Shown here in pieces: positions 1 through 12,859 of a stretch of 64,000 nt of DNA (position 1 is the stretch's first letter; the number at the start of each line of letters is the position of its first letter). A program made the translations under genes and the position numbers. The notes beneath the pieces were generated by a model, which saw only the letters and a list, made by a program, of their open reading frames with translations, ran no database searches and was not told where the DNA came from. The DNA lies in assembly GCF_009834535.1 (NCBI RefSeq), contig NC_045698.1:14386001-14450000 (forward strand). The letters are read 5' to 3'. This stretch comes from Camelus ferus (taxonomy: Eukaryota).

Positions 1-110
1 AGGTTCCTTGGGGTAAAGGTCATGAAAGTGTAGGTTTTCCTAAACCTGCAGCCTCAAGATATTTCTCATTCCTGTGCTTGTCTAGACTCAGGCTCTAATA
101 ATTAAAATAG

Positions 111-328
111 CAGCTGACCCTTGAACAACATGGGTTTGAACTACATGCATCCACTCATGCATAGATTTTTTTCAATGTAAATACTATAGTATTACCCACT
201 CCACACCTGGTTGAAGCTGCAGATAGAGAACCATGGATATGGAGGGCCAACTAAAAAATTATACCTGGATTTTCCACTGAGCCGGGGTAAGGCGTCCCCT
301 AACCCTCATGTTGTTCAAAGGCCAACTA
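111..328 (+). mobile_element. MER8/Tigger2-derived MITE (TcMar-Tigger)
   Basis: Terminal inverted repeats CAGCTGACCCTTGAACAACATG ... CATGTTGTTCAAAGGCCAACTA, followed by TA; the interior resembles the recalled MER8 consensus. Confidence 0.85.
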
Positions 329-752
329 TAGGTCACCAATCAAGTCCTCCAACTAGTTTACAGCTCCAGCAGCTTCTGTTTCAAATAAGCAAATCTTAGC
401 TGTGTCTCTCTGGCTGTACCTCTTTCTGGATATGGGGGTAGCAGTACTCTGTTACCTCAGTTCTCTGATGAGTCTGACCAACATTAATCATTTTCAATTT
501 GTTAAACTTTCTCTTATTAAGTGTGGGACTGACAGATTTCAACTTTTCATATGTCACAGCGGAAACAAGAAGTCCCCTTTTGAAAGACATTCAATTAAAT
601 TTGTTACCTTCAACCCTCATCACTCTACTCATTCCCTGCATTATAACATACATTTCCATCAAGCTCTTAGATAACTTGGGATATTTGCCAATTCCAGCTC
701 TGCTTTCTTTCTCTCATTGACAACAACCTGCCACTCACTAAATTTCCACATA

Positions 753-1203
753 CTGAAGGACCCTGACTTATTATGGTTTAACTTACAATTTTTTGACCTT
801 ACAATGGTGTGAAAATGATAGGCCTTCAGTAGAAACCATATTCTGAGTGTTCAATTTTGATATTTTTCTGGCTAGCGATACCTGACTACACTCTCTCATG
901 ATGCATCCTGAGAGTAAACACTTATAACCGCCTGTAAACGTACAACCACCCTGTTCTTCACTTGCAGTATATTATTCAATAAATTACATGAGCTCATCAA
1001 CACTTCATTATAAAATAGGCTTTGGGTTAGATATTTTTGCCAACTGTAGACTAAGGTAAATGTTCTATGAATGTTTAAGGAAAGCTAAGCTAAGCTATAA
1101 TGTTCAGTAGATTAGGTGTATTAAATGCTTTTTTGACTTATAATATTTTCAAGTTACAATGAGCTTATTGGAACATAACCCCATCATAAGTGAAGAAGAT
1201 CTG
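753..1203 (-). mobile_element. MER47/Tigger5-type non-autonomous DNA transposon
   Basis: Degenerate TIRs (TA-CTGAAGGACCCTGACTTA ... CCCCATCATAAGTGAAGAAGATCTG); the interior AATAAATTACATGAG...TATAAAATAGGCTTTG...GCTAAGCTA matches the reverse complement of MER47. Confidence 0.85.
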
Positions 1204-2314
1204 TGCTTGGATGCCACGATTCATTTGCACTTGACTTTTCTAGTGTTTGGAATGTGTTTATCAACCATTGGAACTCCTATTCATCTTCCATTACAAGCTC
1301 CATCATATATTTACCCTGAATCCCCAAGAAGTAATTTTATGAATTGTCTGTATTCATAATCAAAGTATGCATGTTTCTACTTTAGCACTTACGATTAGTA
1401 TCACACCTATTTTTATATACCTGTTGCCCAACTAGAATTTGTTTCTCGAATACAGGACATCAGATCTGGGTATCTAATAGACACCTTGATATATCAGCGC
1501 ATGAAATTTGATTACATTGACTTGATGATGCTGCTAGGAGAGTGAGATGGAGTGACATCAAAGGACACAAGAAAAATAGGGAGAATATTAAAATATCCTA
1601 AGTAAGGGGCACAGAAACTAGCATTTTATTCATGGATGTAGTAATGGGGTTGATATTTGAAATACTATAAATAAGAAGAATCTATTATTTTTGGTGGCAT
1701 ATAAGTTATGGTATAAGATAGATGGGAGAGTCTACATGACTCTAAGGCTGAGCCAGGTGACATCAATAGTAAAAGTGAGGGCAGGAAGAATTTTTATGTG
1801 GAATTTTGGCTTGTGACAAATGATAGATATGAGGCCATCCAGTGACAAGGATACGGACAGCCTTTTGAATTATTAGAGCCTGAAGTTCAGAATATAGATT
1901 GAGGTTTAGAAGGCAATTGCAGCGAAGGGTTTATTAAGTACAAATTAAATGGGGACAAGACATGGTGGAAAAGGAAATAATAAAAATAAAAGAGAGACAT
2001 CTAAATTATGTACAGTGCATGTAAGAGGTAGAGTTTGGAAAAAAGGTAAAGATAGTGCAATATTATTAAAGTCACTGAAGGGGAACGTTATAAGAAAGAA
2101 TTTTATTGATAAAAATATTAATCTCAGCCAAACCTTAAAGCTAAAGTATTTCAATGTTATATAGGCAATTAGAAATGTCATATGGAAGAATCATATCACA
2201 ATAGACAAGAAGAAATCTGTAAAATAGATAAATATACATAATAAAAAATTAAGTAGCTTTCCAGGTCACTTTCTATTCAGATAGCATGAGAGAAAGCAAA
2301 TAATTTGGGGTCTC

Positions 2315-2532
2315 AGCATAAGCAGGAAGCAATGCTAAGGATTTACAGCAAACCCCCAGAAGCTAGGTGAGAGGCATGGAATAGTTACTTACTCACAGCT
2401 CTCAAAAGGAACCAACTTTACTTCACTTTGATCTTGAACATCTGGCCTCTAGAACCATGAGACAATATATTTTTGTTGTTTACACCACACAATCTGTGGC
2501 AATTTGTTATGACAGCCCTAGCAAACAATACA
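2315..2532 (+). mobile_element. MLT1 (MaLR) 5' LTR, 5'-truncated
   Basis: CCAGAAGCTAGGTGAGAGGCATGGAA...TTTGTTATGACAGCCCTAGCAAACAATACA, a typical MLT1B/C LTR 3' half. Confidence 0.85.
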
Positions 2533-3982
2533 GATTTTGATACCAACAGTGGGATGCAACTGGAATGAATATTTAAAAATGTGGAAGTAACTTTGGAATT
2601 GGATGTTAAGTAGAAGCTGAAAGAGGTTTGAGGTGTGTGATTCGAAAAGGTCTAGATTGGCTTGAAAAGACCGTTGATAAAAATATGGATGTTAACAATA
2701 ATTCTGATGAATCAGAAAGAAAACAGGAGAGCTATTGAAAATGTTTCTATTGTCTTAGAAAATATACATACCATCATGAACAGAATATTGCTAGAAATAA
2801 TGGATATTAAAAACAATTCTGGTAGACCACAGATGGAAATGAGAAATGTGTTGTTGGAAACTGGAGAAAATACGAATCTTATTACAAAGAGACAAAGGAT
2901 TTATTTGAATAGTATTTTGTTGTATGAAAAGTAGACCAGTGGGGATAACTTGGACATTTAGCTGAGATTTCCAAGGAAAGACTGAAGGAATAGAGTGATG
3001 TTTCTTTGCTGCTTATAGTGAAATGTAAGAGGAGAGAAATAAATAATAAGAATTCCTCAGCAAAAAGAAACCAGCATTTGATGCCTTGAAGGATTTCATT
3101 TTATTCAGATAGTGTGCATTTCAAAAAGAGTCAAATAGGTAGCAAGACAACATTTTGCTAAATAGGTGAGGCATGTAATGCATGACCCATTCAATCATCA
3201 GCAGAATAAACATGTAATTATTCAGGAATCATCTGTGAAAGATCCTCTGGCAGGGTGTCTTGGATCTCTGTGAATTGCATGGGAGGCTAACAAGATTTTT
3301 AAGAATTCTGTAAGAGCAGAAACACTGCCAGCCTGGACTGCAGAGACAGAGATGGGGTGAAATGAAGGAAGAATGACTTGAGGACAGAGCCATTAAAGGA
3401 AAAAATACTGTGAGGTTGGAGTCATGGATCCAGAGAGCAGAACCACTTTATTTCAGGTTCTAGTGGGCAGACTGCCACCCAAGGCATAGGGAATGGGGCC
3501 ATCAAGCAGGAAGGAGGGTGGGAGCTCACAGCCCCGGTCTTAGAGGGTGAGCTTCCTCCCTAGTCAGCCCAGAAAGCAGAGCATCATCAAACCAAGAAGG
3601 ATTATCCTCATACCTTAAAATCTAATGGAATTTGCCCTGCCAGGTTTTAGACTTGCTGGAGACCTACAATCCTTTTTTTTTTTTTCCCCAATTTCTGATT
3701 TCTCTCTTTTGGAATAGAACATCTATCCTATGTCTGTACCATCACTGTATTCTGGAAACAGATAACTTGTTATCTGGTTTCGCAGGTTCACAGATGGATA
3801 GCAAATTTGCTTCCGGATGAATCATATCTCAAGTCTCACCCATACTTGATTTAGATAATACTTAGTAGAGATTTTAAACTTAAAGTTGGTACTAGAATGA
3901 GTTAAGATACTTGGGGGTGTTGGGCTCTGACAAACATTTTGCAATGAGAAGAATATGAATTTTGTGAGGCCAGAAGGCAGAT
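2533..3982 (+). mobile_element. MLT1-int MaLR internal region
   Basis: Begins GATTTTGATACC...AAAAATGTGGAAGTAACTTTGGAA directly after the LTR and ends ...GAATTTTGTGAGGCCAGAAGGCAGAT before the second LTR; ~1.45 kb, the usual MaLR internal size. Confidence 0.85.
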
Positions 3983-4423
3983 TGTTATGGGTTGAATTAT
4001 GCCCCCCAAAATGCACATGTTAAAGTCCTAACCTTAGAATATCGCTTTATTTAAATATAAGTTCTGTACAGAGGTAATCCAGTTAAAGCAAGGTCATTGG
4101 AGCAAATTCTAAGCCAATATGATTGATATTTTTATATTGGGGGAAAATCTGGGCACAGATATGCACAAATAGACAACATCATATGAACATGAAGACAGAG
4201 ATCAAGGTGATGGTCTACAAGCCAGGGAACAACAAAGATTAGTAACAAAACACCAGAAGCTATGAGAGACGCATGGAACAGATCCTCCCATACAGCGCTT
4301 AGAAGGAACCAAACTGCTGACACCTTGATCTTGGACTTCCACCCTCCGGAACTGGGAGATGATGTATTTCTGTCATTTAAAACATCTAGTTTATTGGTCC
4401 TTTGCTAAAATCAAACTAATATA
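3983..4423 (+). mobile_element. MLT1 (MaLR) 3' LTR (MLT1B/C-like)
   Basis: TGTTATGGGTTGAATTATGCCCCCCAAAA ... AAACTAATATA; its 3' half is similar to 2315-2532. Confidence 0.88.
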
Positions 4424-4776
4424 GTATAATATGGGAAAAAAAAGCAAGAAAATAATCTTACTTTCTTTAAGAACTAAAAAAAAGATATTTATACACTTTC
4501 ATTTAATCATTTAATTATTATTTTTAGTTTATCTTGATATATTTGATATGCTTATAAATTCATGAAGTATCCCAATGAACTTTTATTATTATATTTCTTT
4601 AATAAGAGGTATTTTTAATGTGTAAAAATATGAATGTTTCAGAACTACATGTAAAAGTGAATTATTAACATTATTGTATTAAATGTCTTCTGTATATTCA
4701 CCTAATGTCCTAATTTGTTAATGATATTGATACAAATTATTCTAAATTTTAATCTTTATAGAAATTTTGTAATCTG

Positions 4777-4780
<4 letters not shown>

Positions 4781-4829
<49 letters not shown>
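4781..4829. repeat. (AT)n microsatellite
   Basis: About 24 perfect AT units. Confidence 0.98.
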
Positions 4830-4834
<5 letters not shown>

Positions 4835-4990
4835 AGAGCATTATACCTCAAGAGCACTGATACTGGAGTTTTTTTGTTTCATTTTTTATTTTTGTTTTAT
4901 TGTGTTTTATTCTCAGTACTAAAGATAGTTGTGAGCTTTTTCCCAAATTGCCCTCCCCCCATTTGACTATGAACACTATTTATAACTAAC

Positions 4991-5160
4991 TTTTTCCTCC
5001 AGCTTTATTGAAATACAATTGATGTAAAATTTTGTAGTTTAAGGTATACAATATGTTTTTTTGATACATTTATATGCTGCAAAATGATTATCACCATAGT
5101 GTTAGCTAACACCTCCATCATTCACATAATTACCTTTTTGTTGTTGTTGTTGTGAAAACA
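4991..5160 (-). mobile_element. L1 3' end fragment (L1MA9-like)
   Basis: CCAGCTTTATTGAAATACAATTG...TTAAGGTATACAA...AATGATTATCACCATAGTGTTAGCTAACACCTCCATC, the reverse complement of an old L1 3' UTR with its polyA signal. Confidence 0.8.
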
Positions 5161-5994
5161 TAACTGACTTTATGCTATGCATAATGTGGTTCACAAGGGT
5201 AAAGGTGGCTTTCTTATCAATTGGATTCAGTGCGATTTCATTTTGTTTTAGTCGTTAAAATTCTTTAAGAATTTGTTTCTGTCTTAAACCTGTGGCATTT
5301 TCAATGTTAAAATGTACTTCAATTAGATATATTTTAATCCGTAAAACATGTGTCTGGTTTTATTGTAATGGGATTAAAGAAGCTGCAAGTCCCCTTTCCA
5401 GTCCCCTGCCCCAGAATTTCATATGGTTATCTGAATATTGCTTTAGTTTTATTTTATTCTTTATTGCCATTCAAAGTCACAGTCATATTTAATGAGTCTG
5501 AAGTATTGCTTTTCTTCATTATTATGGAAAGATTCCTATTGGCCATTGACTTTCTGTATAACTAAATATACTTGAAAGAAAAAAAACACTAAGCTAGTTC
5601 TTATCTATAGAGACCGTAAGAAAACTAAACTGCAACCTTAGCCTCTTTTTCTAAAAGAAAACAAAACAAAATTACATTAATAAATCATGAAGGAAAATAA
5701 TAGACCTTATAATTCTCCAGTTTATTTTCTTTACTTAATTTTATGGGGAAAAAAGCAAATTACAGGGAAATAATCCACTGTTAGATATATTTATTTTAGA
5801 AGTCATGAAAAACTCACAAGATAAAGTCTAGTGTAAGGGGCACAACAGAATTTTATAATATTCTTAATGTACTTTTAACCACTGATATCAACATGATCAA
5901 ATGATGACTTGTCACCATCTCCATTTTCAAGCAATCTTTTTTTTTTTTTTTTAAATTAGCTTATTTCCCTTTGGGATTTTGTCCTGATCTGCTT

Positions 5995-6520
5995 CTCTGA
6001 AACTTCTCCTCTCAAGGGCATCACTGACCTTCTCTTGCCCCATCTCTTGGTCCCTTCTCTATTCTTGTTTTGGCCACTCTTCTTCTTATATTACTTCTTA
6101 CAGTCTGTCCAATTATACCCACCGTCCTTTGTGCTCTCCTTCTTTCTTATCTAGGCCCAGTCCTAGGTCCTCCATCAACTCTCTTTCTAGATGATCTCAT
6201 CTAGACCCATAGCTTTAAATAGTATCTACAAAGTGATAACTCTGAACTTTCTCTGCATTCCTGACTTCTGTTTTCACTCCAGATCTTTCTATCTGATTGC
6301 TTACCTAACATCTCCATTTGAATTTCTAACAGACCTCAATCTGCGCAGAACAGACATCTTGATCTACTCTTCTCTACTTACAGCAGTTCTGTGTTTCCTG
6401 AATCTGAGTTAATGGCATCAGGGTTCACTGTGTTGTTCAGAACTAAAACATAAGATGAGTTCTTAATTTCCCTCTTTCACTCATATACATTCCATTAACC
6501 ATATGCATATAAACCCAATA
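5995..6520 (+). mobile_element. L2 LINE fragment
   Basis: TGATCTCATCTAGACCCATAGCTTTAAATAGTATCTACAAAGTGATAACTC resembles the L2 RT YADD region; pyrimidine-rich L2 signature. Confidence 0.7.
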
Positions 6521-6526
6521 ACCTAC

Positions 6527-6933
6527 GTATCAATGAGGGTTCTCCAGAAAAACAGAACCAATAGGAGGAACAATAGAACCAAATAAGTTAGAGAGAGCCA
6601 ATCTCTCTAACTTAGACTGAGAAAGAGACAGAGAGAAGGAGAGGAGAGAGAGACAGAGAGAAGTGACTGTAGGTAACTGGCTCATGCAATTGTGAGGGTA
6701 GCAAGTTTGTTATCAACATGGCAGGCCAACAGTCTAGAAAGTCTAGTAGGAGTTCATGTCACAGTCTTGAGTCTGAAAGCATTCTGGAAGCAGAACTCCT
6801 TTTTCCTTTCCTCCTCTTCTTTCAGTCTTTTCTCTTAAGGCCTTCAACTGATTGGGTAAGTTTTGCCCACATTCTGGAGAGTAATCTGCTTTATTCAAAG
6901 TCTGCTGATTTAAATGTTAATCACATCTAAAAT
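6527..6933 (-). mobile_element. MLT2 (ERVL) LTR, 5' end missing
   Basis: GAGGGTTCTCCAGAAAAACAGAACCAATAGGA...TGGCTCATGCAATTGTG...AAGGCCTTCAACTGATTGG...GATTTAAATGTTAATCACATCT. Confidence 0.85.
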
Positions 6934-6939
6934 AACTTG

Positions 6940-7340
6940 CTTGTCTTCTGGCATTTCCTCACTCAGGCCAACCTTATTCTCATTTTAGGGCATTCAGTCC
7001 ACTAATCCATCCTCCTGAAACAGTCCTCCCTCGGATCTTCATATGGCTGGCTCCTCTCCTCATCTTCATGTAGAATTTGCTTGCATTTTGACAAGGAAGA
7101 GCTTATCCTGACTTCCTCCTTAAAATAATAGCCCCATCTTCCCAATTCAGCCACTGCATTTACTCATCTACCTGGGTTTTATTACATTGTGTCGTATTAC
7201 ATTAGTTATTTCTTTATTCACTTTTTTGTTTTTATGTACATCACTGGAAGATAAGTCCATGAAAAGAGTCTTCTTCAAACCTACTCCTTTCTCTCTCTCT
7301 AGCATTTTAGTGTTTGAAATATCATAAGTTCTTAGTGACT
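6940..7340 (+). mobile_element. L2 LINE 3' fragment
   Basis: GGATCTTCATATGGCTGGCTCCTCTCCTCATCTTCA...CACTGGAAGATAAGTCCATGAAA; probably continues the L2 interrupted by the MLT2. Confidence 0.6.
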
Positions 7341-9574
7341 GTTGCCTGTCACAGAAATGTATATTTTTATGACAGGCAAATAAAAATGGTTTTATTTACC
7401 ACACTTAGTAAGGCTAAAACTTAAATGCTATATATAAAAAGTTTCAGTAAATGGCAGAAATAAAAAGGTAAGTAACTTAAACTTCAGTTAATTAAATATG
7501 TATTAACTAGCAGTACAATATTTAATAATTTATTTCAAACAAGTTAAAATGCCCCTTTTGAAAACAGTATACTCAAGAGCAGTCATTTCTATAATTTTGA
7601 AATAGACTCATTTCTCTTTCTGAGACATTATTTACTATTACTTAGGAATCTTTTACCACTGATCTTGAGTTCTTTGAAGAAAGACTGAAAAATAAAATGC
7701 ACATTTTGATTTATTGATTCTCCTATGTATTTGTTTCTGAAAGCATTCAGAGAGTCTTGTACAGTTTACTACTAAGACACTCATTTTGGGGTTCGTAACA
7801 AAGTTTGAAGTATCTTCAGTTTAAAAAAATACATAATTCTGGAAACTAATAAAGGGAAAATTCCTCTGTATCATTTTCAATTTTTGGAGACAAATGATTA
7901 CATTATATTTACAGATTCTTATTATTTGGGTTTAATTTGCATAAGTTGTATATTTCATAATGTTGATTCAAAGGAATAATATTTAGAGATTTGGTATAAT
8001 AAAGATTGCTTCTTTTCTACTTGGGATTTCAACATAAGTATACAAACAAATATAAGCAATGTTTACACCAAGGCATTGCAACACTTATTAAGCAGAAAAA
8101 AGTTGATTGCATTTTATACCCTCTGGCTCAGCCAGAATTATCATTAGATTGCACTGTTTAAGATAAATTTAAATTGATTCATTAAAAAAGAGAAAACATG
8201 GAATGAGAATTAAAAAATTGTAGGCCCTTTAATCTCTGTAAGTTGTTTTCTTCTCAATCTGTATCACAAGAGATTAAAGCTGGAAATATTCCAGCTATAA
8301 CAGCAATATATACATTTATTTTACATTTAAAATTTTAATAAACTTTAACAATATGTAAATTTAAAAAACATGTATTTGAAAGTGTTTGTTTTTTGTTGTT
8401 TTTATTCTCATCTCCCTTTCCTTTATACAGACTTTTTCCTGTGTTTAGTCCTAGAGTAGAAAGTATTTGATTGTCATTTACCCTTAGGAGTTTCTGTCTC
8501 CATTTGGAAGAAAGTCCAGAAGGATTTTCCAATAAATTGATATAACATTAAATGAATAATAAAATGAAGAATCTGCATTTATTTTTGCTGTTGTTACTGG
8601 AACAAATAGGCAAAACAAATAGGAGGCAAAAGCTCCTACTTTTCAAAGTGAATCTCTTAACCACCTATATAGGATTTACAAAGGAAGTTTATGGCTCCTA
8701 GACCAACATACAGCTTTAGGAATTAAAATAATTCAGGCTAAAGCAGCCACATAGTCAGAGTATATTTGAGTGGTGTATATATACATATATATATATACAC
8801 ATGGGGGTGAAGAGTGGTGAGTGCGTGGGCGTGTGCATACCCTTAAGTATTTTTTAATACTTTTTTTTGCTTTGTCCTTTCTACTTTCTCAGTCTTAAAC
8901 AAATTTGATTGGGTCTAAATTTTATTAAAAATAACATCCTTATTGTACAAAAAGAAGTAAAAATATTTTGATTTTCAAATTATAAACAATTCACTTTAAA
9001 ACATGTGATGACTTACAGTTGCTGGGACAAGCTGCACCCCCTGGGTAAAAAAGCTGGGATTGAGTCCTTGTATTTAGCAGGTTGCATATGCTCAGATCAT
9101 ACAAACTGAAGTCATAAATACCATGTCTTCCATCCACTAAACTTGAAGAAATTGAGTTCTGAATTTACTTATTGCTCTATCTCCATTTTGGTCAGTAAAC
9201 ACAAAAAGTATAAGGCTAGCACTCAGGCAAAGTAGCCTTGACAGAAGCTAATTACTTCAGTGATAATATACGTTCTTTTTCTAACCTGGTCCTCCTCTTC
9301 TGTCTTTAAACCCAAACCATTCTGCTTTGTCATCTGGATTCAATTCTTTATTAAAATCAACCAGCCAGCCAACCAATCTAATAAAAAAACAAGTAAATAC
9401 ACAACTGAACTCTGTGTATCACTTGCTAAAGTTAGCAGTGATAGCAAAACTAACTCTGGATCTTATAATGGCTCTTACACAATTCATGTATATTTGTTGC
9501 CCGTATGACAGTATTGTGTAAACAAATCGGTCCATTTCCTGCAGTAATTCAAGAACCCAGTCTGAGAAACACTG

Positions 9575-9800
9575 TTAGGCTCAGTCTAGGGATTTCAAGG
9601 TCTTTCTAGGTGGCATCTCCACTCCAGCCAGATGGCCAGAATGTGAAAATAGCACGGAGAAGTAAGCACAGCAGATGTTATGGGCTGGGCCTGGAAGGAG
9701 AAACATGACTTTCATTCACATTCCATATGCTAGAACTTCGTCTCAATGCAATCTTTTATTGCAAAGATATCAAGTAAATCTAGTCGCTGTTTGGGGAGTT
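9575..9800 (-). mobile_element. Old MLT1 (K/L-like) LTR fragment
   Basis: GGGCCTGGAAG...ACTTTCATTCACATTCCATATGCTAGAACT...TGCAAAG...AAATCTAGTC motif series. Confidence 0.5.
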
Positions 9801-9854
9801 AATTCTCTTCAATAAATTTACACTGGGAGATACTGGTAGATGACCACATGCTCA

Positions 9855-11275
9855 GAGGGGTCCCTTTATTTCTTTGCTTCAACTGAATTCTGACTTATCT
9901 CTGAAGACACTGTTTCTCTTTGAGACCCTCTTTAAAGTCTCACAACTTCTGTACTACAGAATCAAGAGGTAAGTCTTTATCCTCATCATTCAGTGTTGCC
10001 TTAAGACAATTACCATTCTACAGTTCTGTTAATACATGTAAAGCAATAAATGAACAAAGAATAAAGTGAAAGCAACGAAGCAAAAATTGAGGGAAAAAAT
10101 AGTAAGTGAAAAACCAGCCATGGTTTTTGGAGAATCTCACACTTGACTTTATTATTTTTCCTGTCCACTTTTTTCCCATATGCTCATTTTCTAGAAACTT
10201 TGCTTCTTGCTTTCAATTTTGCTCCCTACAAAAAATTGTTGATATTGTCATGGTGGCACCAACCAACACCATGAGATGGATTTTTTTTCACTGTTTCAGT
10301 TTAAGTAATCTTATACTTCACTTCATCAAATTGTTCATGGAGTAGAAATAGCTATCCTACAAAACCACTAATCAATTATTTCACATTTTGCTCACATTCT
10401 AGTGTTTTTCCAGCCTGTTTGTCTAAATCCTCTTGACATTTATTGTTGGCAAATAATAATAACAGTGATAATCTTATGCATAAATTTTCTTTCTTAGTAT
10501 TTTATTGTTTCTCATCATTTTGTGGTTTATTCAATATATCCAAACTCTAAATCTATAATAATCCACTTAGTCCCTTTCTCTATTTAAAGCTGCCATAAAA
10601 TAATCAAGCAACAGGACAGATTAGTGTTAATATAAATTTACTAATTTCAACTCTGTTCCAAATAAAGTCTGAAGATCCCAGCCATTGTCCTAACAATTTC
10701 AGCACTTTTCCAATCTCCTCAATATCCATATCCTTCCTATAACTATTCTCTCACTTTAAGCAAACCCTCTCACCTCCCACTTAACAGAGAAAATAGAAAA
10801 CGCCAGTTGGGGATGCTCTTTTATTTTAATTTGCTGTTTTTAAACAAAATACACATCTTAATTTTTATTCATTCTCTCTTAGCTTCTTCCAGCTTCAATA
10901 AAGAAAATGTAATTTCCCCACGTTCCAATTCTATAAAGACCCTTACACAACCAGTTATTCCCTTCTTAGGCCTTCAAAGGATCATATGCTACATAATACT
11001 GTTCATCAAAATCTGAACATGATTAAACTCTTCTCAGTGTAAGTACAATGAGCATGACAACAAAAACAACCAAGAATTGTCACCTTATCTGTCTATATCT
11101 AGCAATAATATCATGTCTGTTCACCTTCAGGGACAAAATTTTAAAAATATAACTCCACTGAAATTTCTCAAAATGCCCTCATCTCCTGCTCACTCATGAA
11201 TCCTTCCCAAGGTGGTTACTGCCCCCATCAATATGTGAATAAGCTCTGGATGGAGGAATCTGTATTGCCCATGTT
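9855..11275 (+). mobile_element. Highly decayed L2 ORF2 remnant (endonuclease to RT start)
   Basis: CAACTGAATTCTGACTTATCTCTGAAGACACTG resembles L2 LTETWLSPEDT; the 3' part (CCAAGGTGGTTACTGCCCCCATCA) leads into the L1 target site and continues after it. Confidence 0.5.
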
Positions 11276-11290
11276 AAAAAAGCCAATGGA

Positions 11291-11700
11291 AAATGCCCTG
11301 GGTAATTTGATGGAGATCCCCGTAAGTCTCTAGATTGCTTGGGGTACTATGGCCATTTTAACAATATTAATTCTTCCAATCCAAGAGCATGGAATCTCTT
11401 TCCATTTCTTTAAATAATCTTTAATTTCCTTAGTCAATTTTCTGTAATTATCTGCATATAAGTCTTTCACCTCCTTGGTCAGGTTTATTCTTCAGTATTT
11501 TATTTTTTTGGATGAATTTTATAAGGGATTGTTTCTTTATTTTTCTTTTCTGATATTTTATTGTTAGTGTAAAGAAATGCAACTAACTTCTGTATATTAA
11601 TCTTGTATCCTGCTACCTTGTCAAATTGTTTTATAAGCTCTAGTAGTTTTTGTGTAGAGCCTTTAGGGTTTTCTGTATATAGTATAATGTCATCTGCCTA
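11291..11700 (-). mobile_element. L1 ORF2 RT segment, inverted 5' part of a twin-primed L1
   Basis: The reverse complement runs from ADD-I-I-L-Y (GGCAGATGACATTATACTATA) through [15 protein letters not shown] to IKLP. Confidence 0.92.
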
Positions 11701-12859
11701 CCAGATAATATAAATAAAAACAAAAATAAACAAATGGGACTTGATTAAACTGATAAGCTTTTGCACAGCAAAGGAAACCAAAAACAAAACAAAATGACAG
11801 CCTACAAATTGGGAGAAAATATTTGCAAATTACGAGACTGACAAGGGCTTAATTTCCAGAATATATAAACAGCTCATACAACTTAATAACAAAAAAACAA
11901 ACAACCCAATCCAAAAATGGGCAGAAGACCTAAGTCTAAGAAGACCAGTGAAGGCATACAAATGGCCAATAGGCACATGAAAAAAATGCTCAAAAATGCT
12001 CTCTAATTATTAGTGAAATGCAAATCAAAACTACAATGAGGTATCACCTCATTCCAGTCAGAATGGCCATCATTCAAAAGTCCACAAATAATAAATGCTG
12101 GAGAGGTTGTGGAGAAAAAGGGAACCCTCCTACACTGTTGGTGGGAATGTAGTTTGGTGCAGCCATAATGGAAAACAGTATGGAGATTCCTCAAAAAACT
12201 AAAAACAGACTTATCATATGTTCCAGCAATCCCATTCCTGGGCATATATTCAGAGCGAACTCTAATTTGAAAAGATACATCCACCCCAGTGTTCCTAGCA
12301 GCCCTATTTACAATAGCCAAGACATGGAAGCAACCTAAATGTCCATCGACAGATGACTGGATAAAGAAGCTATGGTATATGTATACAATGGGATACTACT
12401 CAGCCATAAAAAATAAAACAATGCCATTTGCAGCAACATGGATGGACCTGGAGAATGTCATTCTAAGTGAAGTAAGCCAGAAAGAGCAAGAAAAATACCA
12501 TATGATATCACTCATATGTGGAATCTAAAAAAGGAAAAAAAGAAAAAGACAATGAACTTACTAACAAAACAGAAACTGACTTACACAGAAAACAAACTTA
12601 TGGTTACCAGGGGCAAAAGGGGGTGCAAAGGGATAAATTGGGAGCGTGAGATTTGCAGATACTATTATATATAAAATAGACAAACAACAAGTTTCTTCTG
12701 TATAGAACAGGGAACTTATTCAATATCTTGTAGTAACCTATAATGAAAAAGAATATGTAAGAGGAATGTGTGTATGTGTATGTATGACTGAAACATGATG
12801 CTGTACACCAGAAACTGATAAAACATTGTAAACTAACTATACTTCATTTAAAAAAGGGG
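11701..12859 (+). mobile_element. L1 3' end (ORF2 C-terminus plus 3' UTR), cetartiodactyl/camelid-like lineage
   Basis: Encodes [21 protein letters not shown] and [19 protein letters not shown] (ORF 12289-12528); 3' UTR ...GCTGTACACCAGAAACTGA...AACTATACTTCA plus an A-rich tail; TSD AAAAAAGCCA[A/G]TGGA at 11276-11290 and 12860-12874. Confidence 0.95.

Noticed and set aside
2662..2934. 90-aa ORF in the MaLR internal region as a domesticated gag-like gene
   Set aside because: It is short, starts at TTG, has no recognisable motif and is flanked by stops; a chance open frame in A-rich sequence.
12003..12320. 105-aa minus-strand ORF
   Set aside because: It is the antisense frame of L1 ORF2, a common annotation artefact.
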